DNA of 64,000 bases from Octopus sinensis (Eukaryota): the NCBI RefSeq assembly GCF_006345805.1, contig NC_043000.1, positions 160,456,001-160,520,000 on the forward strand. Reading direction: 5' to 3'. Both the position numbers and the translations under genes were made by a program. The notes beneath the pieces are model-generated. The model was given only the letters and a program-made list of their open reading frames with translations. It had not been told where the DNA came from and made no database searches. Within the stretch, counting starts at the first letter, position 1; each line of letters opens with the position of its first letter. This document shows, piece after piece, positions 53,641 to 64,000 of the stretch.

Positions 53641-55869
53641 AAACTTTGGCACTCAGATTATTGTGCATGATTATTTAATACTGTCTTCAGAAGCATTATG
53701 AACTGGAGTCTGTCTATTATATTCAACGTTCCAATCCTTCTTGGGTGTATTCACCAGGGTTTAGTGACGCCAATGCGTCTCTAAATTCCGATGAATACAT
53801 CCGCAAATAGAGAGCTACCTTGATGGATTAAACAGTCCCGCATTAAACCATAATATTCATAGGAGAAGAAATATATGGAAGGCGATGTATCAATCACACA
53901 TCAATCCAACAAGTATTCTGCCTTATTTTATAAAATCCAGACTTTGCAGCATCATGCATTGTTGGTCTAATACCATTGAAGGTTGTCTGAGAAGGCCCAG
54001 AATTCCAGTGCTCCTAGCTAGTTGGTATCGGCGGTCAGTTCACGAAAGTACCGTTGACAACTATATGCAAATACTCAGAATTACATCCCATGCACCTATT
54101 ACTACCAATCAGAGATCAGTTAGTTTCTTTGTTGCTATAAGCCGGCTCTGTCTCTTGAAACCATTGAACTGCTTTGTCTCAGTCGTTTTCACAAAATACA
54201 CAAAATACATTATTTTTCTTTGAGTCGAGGATATTAGATGTCCATCTCACTACAAACACGTCTTAAATGTTGTCTTTTTCGTTCGAATCTTTTACTCGAT
54301 TCATTCACCCATTTTCAGTTCTGTATTACTTCATCTTGAATTAAATTAATAGCTCTACATTAGTTATCGTTTTTAGTGAGGCCCACAGCCTGTTAATATC
54401 TCTCAACATACATATAACTGTCTGCTTATCTTCGGTGATGTCATTAATACATTGGCGAGATGCAACTACACTAACTCATTCCTTTAATTAAATACATTTA
54501 CCACTAAACATCAGATTAGAGAAAATAATAAACATAGGAATTAAAACCTTGTAGTAATATTCAATTAAGTATTTTCTTGTATCATTAATTTTGTTCTATA
54601 TTCTAAAGTATCCTTAACAATGTGGTTTACAGCTTCGATATTAATATTTTCATTTTGGTGTAACAATGATTCAGAGTCTGTTAGATATTGTGTCTTCATT
54701 GCGTGAGTTCTTCTTTTTTCACTTCTTAACCAACATTATGCAAATATACTGGAATAAATACATCATCGCAAAATACCTGCAGTGAAGTGAATTTCTGTCA
54801 ATTATTTTCAGACATTCATTTTGTAGTATTTTAACGAATATTTAAGTGCGTGATTTCAAACATATTCAAGTGCATGCCGTTTAATTGAGTCACTTTTATT
54901 CGATTAATTGTGTTACTTCAAAATGTTCAATCTAATACTTCAGCTGAAATTGTTATAATGAAGCATACCCACGATTCTTCTGTAATACAAGTGCTTCCAT
55001 TTAGACAAAACTGAAAATAGTCCAGTGATATTTTCTAATGTATATGCACTTATATTTATACATAGCTTAATCTCGTATGCTTGAGTGTAGACAATTAGAA
55101 AATGATCACAAATTTGGAGCAATGCATAGAACGTATCATAGCAATTTAATGTTTATCCTAACATGTTTAGGATCAAATCTCGCAATGAGTAGTTAAATAG
55201 TGAAGCATAAGAATGTTAAATTTTCTCAAGTAAGTTCTAATGATTTTGTGATGCAGCATTAGTTTTAAAGAAAAGAATGTGTATGATATAGCCAGGGAGG
55301 TTACAGTGAACTTACAATATATATTAATGCACACATTTATCCCAATAACGTCTAAGATCAAGTCCTATATCAGGCACGTTTTAAAACTCAGTAATGTGGG
55401 TTTTTTTCTCTATGCTTATCTGTAAAAAATATGTAAGTTCATACTGAGATAGAAAAAGAAATATATAATAGAAAAGTAAGCAATAATCTATCATAGAAAG
55501 GAAGAAAGAGAGAAACAACAAATGGCTAAACTACACTTTATTTTTACTTGTATCAATTAATAATCGATGGCCAGGTGTTTGGGTTTGTTTATATCAACGT
55601 ATAAATTTCATTCCAGACAACATTTTAACAATACTGTCAGAATACGTTAATAACCAGATATTAATGTTCCAAAATTATATTATTTTGGACAAGAATTTCT
55701 TCAACCTTACATTTTATCAACTAATTTATTTATTAAAAACACACAAGGGAAATAAGATTCTGTACTTCTTGTCTTTGAACGTATGTATTTTAAAACCAAA
55801 TATGTGATGGAGATTGATTTAGTTAATACTCGACAAACACTTTCTTAATAGTTTGGAGTTTTATGATTT

Positions 55870-57490
55870 CCTTTATACAAAATGCGCTCATACTATTTCA
55901 AAGCACCCGGTTTACTTTATATGCGCTGTACATAGTAAGTTTGATTTCGTATGCCACCAGTCTTGAAGTTTCGATGGGATCGACTCTATTGCCTCGATTA
56001 TGCTTGGTTTCACATTTCCTTGACATTTTTCTCATACCAAACAGTCTTGCGATCTTCACTTTCAGCTCAGAGTACTTGGTGATTATTTTCAACCTACTTA
56101 TTCGCAATATTCATGTCGCTTGGTATGGCTCTATCAATGAACTTGACAATATTTGTAGTTCTTATTCAATACAAAAATGTCCGCCCAGCGATACTCAGTT
56201 ACTCTAGCAGTCAGAAAGACGTACTCCCAGATTATGATGGCTTTTCCTCCTTCCTGCAATACTTTACTAGGTACATGCCCATACCAGTTCTTTGTTACAT
56301 CGTTTGGCTATTTACGACATAAAAGCCATTGAAGCTACAAACAGAAATCATCATAGCGGCGCTTGCATTCTTTGTGCACAAGGATCTTACAACCGATTAT
56401 CAAGTGGGTTACATTTTCCAGATTCTTTTCTCTGAGTCTGCATTTCTGCCTGCCAGAGTTTTCGTAGATATTATACTTCACCAATTGGTTGCAAGCGCTT
56501 GGTCTTGTGATGTAATCATATGGCTTACAGTGGTGCATTTCATATCGCTTAGATTAAGCCATGCCCAAGATGGTGTATGATACTTGATATCTGTGTATCT
56601 CCTTCAAACTAGCCATTCATTCTCATTTCCAGAAACTCATTTCTCTTCTTTTCTACTTTAACGTTAAACTTATCAAGCATTTCATCTGTATTATCTGCTG
56701 CATAATACAACAACTCATCGTCACTGTTGACTAAATATTCTGCAAGTGTTCTCCTTTTACTCCTTATAAAATAATCTACATTAATGAGACATCTACAATT
56801 ATTCCTTCTCTTCATCAACAATCTGTTTACATTTGCTTTAGAGCGTAAAGCTCCGTACAATGTTATTAAATTTCTCGTCCTTCTATCCATATTTGATATT
56901 TCTTCTGCATTTCATCTGATAATGAACACATGACACCTAATCACTGCAACTGACGAGGTATACATTGCAGTGATAAGATTTGTCGCATTCAGGTTCTATT
57001 TCAAAATCACTTCTGCCTTTTTAAAAGTATATATCTCTAAACTTATCTTTCATTTCTGCTTGTATAAAATCATCAAGTCCTATAATTCTCAAATGCTTCT
57101 GTCCACTATCTTCCGGTTCCGGTAACCACATCTCTCCCGATGGCAGCAATAATCCACTACTGGCAGCTTTATCCCCCCTTTTCATACTGAGTACAGAGCA
57201 TCTGGAAATATCATATTCTCTGGGGATATCGCTGCTATATATCTGGGCTGCTTTATTTGATTTATAATTATTTCTATTTCCCTTCTCAGATTTCTCGATT
57301 TCAATTGCTCCGACTAATTCTGTAAGATTTGACAACTACTTTTTGTCAAGAGTCTTACAGGGTCTCATTGCACGATCCTTAACATCAAAGATTCAATCTC
57401 CAAATCCTCGCTGTTCACAATAAAGCAAACTTCTGAGCATGTTCTAACCTCATATTATTCCCAAATTCTCCAAAACATTTCTCCAAACAG
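55870..57490 (-). mobile_element. Old Dong/R4-type (restriction-like endonuclease) LINE remnant
   Basis: MDRRTRNLITLYGALRSKANVNRL, CRLREKNLENVTHLIIGC (CCHC-like), RVDPIETSRLVAYEIKL. Confidence 0.7.
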
Positions 57491-57655
57491 GTTGATAATA
57501 CTCCCAGTGCTCCTACAACAGAAATGACAGTTACTTCTTTCATTACCCACATTCATGCAATCGTATTTTTTCCTTGCTTTTACTTTTTTCCACTCCTTTT
57601 TCATCCACTCCTACAACCCCAGGTATAACAACATCTATGATATTGGTTTCCTGCA

Positions 57656-57842
57656 AGGCGCTGAGCCGGCAGAATCGTTAGCACTCAGAGCGAAAGGCTT
57701 AGCAGAATTTTGCCTGCTTTCTTGTTCTGAGTTCAAATTCCATTAAGGGTGTAGACTTTGTCATTCATCCTTACAGGGTCGATGTAATCAACTTATTCCT
57801 TGCTCCGTAATTGCAGGCTTTGTGTAAAACATTAAAATCAAC
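57656..57842 (+). mobile_element. Diverged second-family SINE with an (ATT)n tail
   Basis: GGCGCTGAGCCGGCAGAATCGTTAGCAC...TCTGAGTTCAAATTCC...GGGTCGATGTAATCAACTT. Confidence 0.75.
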
Positions 57843-58000
<158 letters not shown>

Positions 58001-59290
58001 CAGTAGTTTTATTTTTAGAACGTGCTTTCACTTCACTACCGAACGCAGCTCTGTGTGCCAAGGGTATATGCTGTGGTTTTCTGTGATGCTGTTATGGTTA
58101 CTGCATTGAAAGTGTTTCGCATAGGATCTGTGCCGTGCCTAGTAGTGCAATTTTCTGTATGTTATATATATTTGTAAGTTCTGGTGTTTTTGTTATGTAT
58201 TTGTCCAAATATGTTTTATCATACCTAATGCGTCCACTATGATAGGAATTGTTTCTGTTTTTAGATTCCACATTCGAGTTACCTCTATTTCCAGGTCTTT
58301 GTATTTTGGAAGATTCTCCATTTCTTTTAGAGAAACGTCATCTTCTGGTATTGATACATCAAGTAGAAAACATTTGTTTTGTTCATGATCTCTGACAACT
58401 ATATTTGGCCTATTGGGCTTAATTTCTCTATCTGTGTGCATTGGCATATCCCAGAGTATGGTTGCTTTCTCGTTTTCTGTGACCTTTTCTAGCGTGTGCT
58501 TAAACCATCTTTTTTCTATTGTTATTCCATTGTGTTGGCATAGCTTCCAGTCTATGTAGGTTCCACCTCTGTCGTGTCTGTGAATATATTGCTTCATAAG
58601 CAGGACTATGATTTATTGTTTCTTCTCCATCTCCACATACTCTCCAGTTGCTTGTTACGTTTCTCAACCATTGCTGGGATTTTTCTCTGTCTATTTCTTT
58701 TGCATATAGTTTAGCCCAGTATTTGCCATGAAGGGGCTTTTCTTGCCATCGTTTTATCATGGTCCGTAGCTTTAGCTTCGATTACATTTTTTTTATAGCT
58801 TTTGTTATTTCTTCTTCTTCATATTTGTTAGGTAGTATGAAATCTTGTTTTTATTTGTCTGCTTCCTTAAATACTGAAACCACTTTTTTGTTTTGCTTGT
58901 GTTTTCTGGCTATTTGTATTAGTGTTCCTTGCTTTTGAAGTAGGTATTTTTGCAGTCCTATGGTGGTTAATTTATAATAGGTTTCCAGCTGTTTAAGGCC
59001 CCTACCATCTTCTATACTTTGTATATATAGCCTTTCTATGTCAGAGTTTTGGTCATGCATCCTAGATCCTGTCATGACTTTTCTTCTTTTCGTATCTATT
59101 TTGGTTAGTTTATTTAGTGTCCAGTTAAGGATATTGTAGCTGTAACTTATAACTGGGACGGCTAGAGTGTTGATACCTATCATCTTGTTTTTAGTATTGA
59201 GCTCTGGTTTCAGTATTGATCTAACTCATCTATAGTATTCTTTCTTTATTGTCTCTTTCATTTGTGTGTGTGTTGTAAAGTATCTAGTTC
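58001..59290 (-). mobile_element. 5'-truncated Dong/R4-type LINE
   Basis: GINTLAVPVISYS, WQEKPLHGKY, RVCGDGEETINH, NRPNIVVRD...FLLDVSIP...KYKDL (RLE endonuclease); ends in an (AAT)n tail. Confidence 0.9.
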
Positions 59291-61482
59291 TTAACTAGTG
59301 AAGAAAAGAAAAATAACAATGAAAGAAAGCGATGCATTTTAAACTGATAGTCCTAATTGGACACCTGAAAATATAAATAAGCGCGATGTTAACGAGACAA
59401 GGTGATTAGCAGTATAAGCATCACTAGCAATACCAGCATTTTAAACCACAAAAAGGATTTTGACTTCCGTCAAATGTAGTGAAGCATCATTACAGAGCGT
59501 ACGTGAATATGATATCAAAGAACGGTAAAAAAGAAACTGGTGAAACCCTGCTACAGGAAGTTCGAAGGCGGTTTCTATATGCCATTGAATAAGCAGAGAA
59601 ACAAAATATTATACAATGTTTAGCATAACGTGTTTTACATTAATAGGAATATAGTAGATCGAAGAGAGTGTCCACCTTTAGAATTTGAACATGGTGCATA
59701 AGAAATTATGTCTCACTCACCTGCCCATAGTTTAGCTATGTAGCAGGCAAATGAAACCTCAAAGCAAGGGTATTATCGAAATTTATCATCATGGTTGGAA
59801 CAAATTATGTCAAGGGAGCGAATGCTAATTTGACACAGTAGGAAATATATTTGGTGATATTTCTGTATGGGTGATATTCTGTACGACGTGCATCGGCTGC
59901 GAGAAATATCTAAATGGTAGACTGCTAACATCACATTTAAAAGTCAGCGTTAAACGCGAAAAGAACGCACGAAGTCAATGAGAGTCGTGTGATCTCCTAA
60001 CGATACCCAGTTAGCGACTTCAAACCAGCATTCCAACGCCATTGCTTCAGTTCTTGTAAATATAAATACGGATACAAAGCCTGATATATCGATGTAAATA
60101 TCTCTTTGTAACAAGTATAGGTAGGAATGAATGGACCCTGATTGAGAAACAAAAGAAGATATTATTTGTACAAGCTTGTGTTACAGAATTCGTATTTTCT
60201 CTATGATTTTTGTTTGTTTTTTGCTTTTCATTTTGCTTGGTATTGTGGTAGTATTACTTTATTACGACAAAAATTCACGGCAGGAATTGATAAATCTTTT
60301 ATAGAATATTTGATATCTCGATGTAAATCCTGTTAATAAATGTACTCGCAATGTTTATAATGTTATTTATGATTCCCCTGGTAACAGTGAAAATTTCAAA
60401 TTTGCAAAGTTTGTAATTATCTAAAATGTCTGGTGTATTAAAATACTAACAAAATTGTCGTGTAACAGAATAATATATATTCATTGAATTATTAAGCACA
60501 TCTTTTGTGTTTCTAAGCTATGTTGTATTTCATTTGAGCAACGGCAAAGCCATCAATAAGTATATGTATGTGTCTATCTATGCTTGTATCTACATATTTA
60601 CCAAGTGTTGAATTTACACACTGTTCTCAATACATATAAGTAAATACTATTCATTTACTTGCAGCTGACTGTTTTATCCTTCACAACTCCAAGTTTTTCG
60701 CTTCTGCTTCGGAGAACATACTTACTGTGATGATTGATTACTCATTTTATGAAGTGCGATGCCACTGTGAAGAGGTTCACAGTATCTTATTTAAAGATTA
60801 CGTTACGTACATATTACTCATTGTCAATTTCTAAGTTACATTTCTAAATGCTGGTAGTGCTGAACATTTCCCTAAAGTCAAATCACTGTACATTTATATA
60901 TATTCGGCTACGCTTATATAGTTTCAGTTTGCCTACTGTTTTGGGAATGAAATTGGCTAAATGAAATCTCTTCGGAAGATCGTTAGATTAATTGCACTGT
61001 ATTTCAATAATCCCCACTTGTTACTCAATGTCAAACTAAATTTCCATGTAAACTGTGACAACGGCGAATGCGTCAGAGAATAACTAGCCAGTTATAGTTA
61101 GTTCAACGAGCATACTGTTTAGGTGATGGAAATATTCTAAAAGTCATCGCTGCAGCTTACGGAGATCCAGCTACACTGAAAGAGTGAGAAAGTGAGATTA
61201 AGAGAGAATAAGAAAACAATAAAAAGAGAGAGAAAGAGGGAAGAGATGAGGAGAGAGGAAGAGGGGAGAACGACAGAAAGGTAGGCAGACAGTGAGCATG
61301 AGTGGAGGATAGATACACATTCCATTTTATGTACATATAGAAATATACACGCCTAAGCTCGAATTAAACCCTGTTTATATATACACTTCGCTACCCATAA
61401 TAAATCACGCACAAATAGTAGAAATTCGTACGTGTTTGTATTTGTAAGTGGTCATGTGTGCGCGCGCGATCGTGTGTGTATG

Positions 61483-61522
<40 letters not shown>

Positions 61523-61558
61523 CATACAAACACACACACACAAACACACATGCACATA

Positions 61559-62814
61559 TTGGGTCATCCCCTAAATTATGCGGGTTTTTTTTTCAATTGC
61601 ATGAAATAAAAGTCGGAGGGGGATGGGATAAACTACTTGCATTAACTTGATATAAAAGTAGGCAGCAATTCTACCTTAACCTTATTCTTAGACGAAGTTT
61701 TGAAGAGTGCAGTTCAATTTAATCACGTATTTTTTCAAAACTATAATGGAAGTGAGAAATGAGCATATTCGGCATATTTTGCTTTGAGTTCAATAAAGGC
61801 AACAAGGCAACGGAAAGTGCAAGGAAAGTGTAGTATATGGGGTTCTGACAATAAGCGTAAGCGAATGCCAGCTGTGGCTTCAAAAATTACGTGTCGAAAG
61901 CTACGGCCTGCAAAACGAGCCACGTCATGGATGATCTGCAAATCCTGGTGTAAAAAGATTCCATCGTAACTGTTGGGGAACTAGCAGAGAAGCTTGGATT
62001 TGGTCATTCAACCGTTCATTCATCGACACGTGCGTGCCATCGGAAGAGTTAGCAAATTCGGTCAATGTGTTCCTCACAAACTTTCCGAGGTTAATAGCGC
62101 GCAGAGAGCGAATGTATGCTCTTCTTTACTGTCATGCCTCACGAATGAACCTTTTTTGGACTGAATAGTGAGTGGTGAAGAGAAATGGATTCTCTATGAA
62201 AATGTGAAGCGCCGAAGACAGTGGGTAAGTAAAGGAGAAACAGCGGCTTCCCAGGCTAACGAAGATCTTCACCCACGTAAGGTATTGTTATCTGTTTGGT
62301 GGGATATTAAAGGTTTTGTCCACTTTGGACTTTTAAAACTAAACCAAACGATAACAAAGCAAATCGACTGCGAGCAGCTTGAGAGGCTTAAGTAGGAGCT
62401 AGAAGGAAAACGATCATCTTCAGTTTGAAGACGAAAGGTGTTCTTCCATCATGATAATGCTCGGCCACATACAGCGAGAATGGCATTCCAAAGGCTGGAG
62501 CAGTTTGAATGGGAAACGATGCCCCACCCACCATATTCGCCAGATATACCTCCATTTGATTATCATTTATTCTGCAGTCTTCAAAACCATTTGGAGGGAA
62601 AAATAGGAATTCTATAGAACAGTGCTGGAGGATCATTTCTCGTCACGGACAAGTGACTATTGGAAGAGGGGCCTTGCAAGCCTCCCAGATAGATGGAAGA
62701 GCATTGTAGAAAATGAAGGAGAGTATGTTTTAGATTCAGAAATTAATTCGTTTCTTTTAAATTTGCTAAGTGTAAGAAGTATATAACAACCTCATTATTT
62801 ATGGGATGACCTAA
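61559..62814 (+). mobile_element. Full-length defective mariner, 1256 bp
   Basis: TIRs TTGGGTCATCCCCTAAATTATGCGG and (rc) TTAGGTCATCCCATAAATAATGAGG, both flanked by TA; motifs GEEKWILYEN, VLLSVWWDIKG, HHDNARPH, HPPYSPD; many frameshifts. Confidence 0.95.
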
Positions 62815-62889
62815 TATATACACCTATATAGAAAAAGATAGGCATCCCAAAATACATATACTTGAATATATATATATGAGTGTGTGCGT

Positions 62890-62917
62890 GTCTATCTATC
62901 TATCTATCTATCTATCG

Positions 62918-62987
<70 letters not shown>

Positions 62988-62998
62988 CTGCCTCTCTG

Positions 62999-63070
<72 letters not shown>
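62890..63070. repeat. (TATC)n array
   Basis: Directly visible. Confidence 0.95.
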
Positions 63071-63071
<1 letters not shown>

Positions 63072-63079
63072 ATATATAT

Positions 63080-63121
<42 letters not shown>

Positions 63122-63187
63122 TACATTTACATACACCTCTCTCTCCCTTCTCTTTCTCACTCTCCCTTCTCATTATCTCTCTCTCTC

Positions 63188-63236
<49 letters not shown>

Positions 63237-63374
63237 TCGCATACCGCTACATTTATATACCTGTATGCATGCGAGTATGTTTGTGTGTGTGTGTTTGTAT
63301 GTATATCCGGGTACATAAGCAACATTGTCTTTTCAGTGGTTTCCTTCATCCTCTGCGCCCTGTTCCTTATCACT

Positions 63375-63377
<3 letters not shown>

Positions 63378-63435
<58 letters not shown>
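63378..63435. repeat. (CT)n microsatellite
   Basis: Directly visible. Confidence 0.95.
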
Positions 63436-63439
<4 letters not shown>

Positions 63440-64000
63440 CTGTGCTGTAAACGTACGCAAATACATTTCTCTCACGACTTGACACATTGAAATGACCAGA
63501 AAACATATGTACACAAGTGTGACACAAACCAAATAAAAACTTGTCCAGTGCGCGACATATGTTAAAAACAAATAACATTATAAAGAATCTCTTCCTTTCT
63601 GGTACTTCTATGTTAATATCATACGAATGTATATTTATCCTAGCGTGTACTGTAATCCTAAACCTCCCTTTTAGCAGATGGGGTGGAGATAAATCCGTTC
63701 GTAAAGAATTAAAAGAAGTTGGCCTATCAAATCAATTTCTCTGTTACAGTTAATTTAAGTAAGATGTCGGTTGATGACATGAGGTAAACAAAGCGTCTTG
63801 ATGGTGTAAGTACGTGATGTCAGTACAGTATCGTAGAAGACAATACCTTCCGAATATTTCCTGTTATATTCGTCTTATACGAGTTGTATACAAAGAAATG
63901 GAATTGCTAATCTCAGAAGAAATTAGATTACCAACGAAATTGTTTTGTTTTTAAATCTGGTGCATTTATTGCTTTTAAATGTTGATAGTATATTCCTCCC

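Noticed and set aside
53700-54240. Possible minus-strand RTE RT remnant
   Set aside because: One short VNGT-like segment only; no intact RT motif recovered.
56945-56990. CTGACGAGG motif
   Set aside because: No stem II or GAAA follows; it lies inside an old LINE remnant.

Overview
AT-rich, microsatellite-saturated eukaryotic non-coding DNA. The repeat families (two tRNA-headed SINEs, mariners, Penelope, Dong/R4) are ones I recognise from octopus genomes, so the source is probably Octopus; this is an inference and no search was run. I found no host protein-coding gene, rRNA, bona fide tRNA or CRISPR array, and most listed ORFs are microsatellite artefacts. The window is a nested transposon graveyard: two full-length dead mariners with TIRs, further mariner remnants, a young CR1/L2-type LINE nested inside a SINE, an RTE-type LINE with a 553-aa ORF, Dong/R4-type LINEs tied to (AAT)n arrays, Penelope RT/GIY-YIG remnants, two Helentron-like non-autonomous elements and two MITEs. 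The most notable signal is ten type I hammerhead-ribozyme (HHR) or HHR-like motifs at seven loci, in four unrelated sequence families. Four of these loci are outward-facing inverted (foldback) structures, and one has a tRNA-derived Pol III head upstream of the ribozyme. They look like non-autonomous Penelope-derived, retrozyme-like elements. Ribozyme activity and expression are untested.
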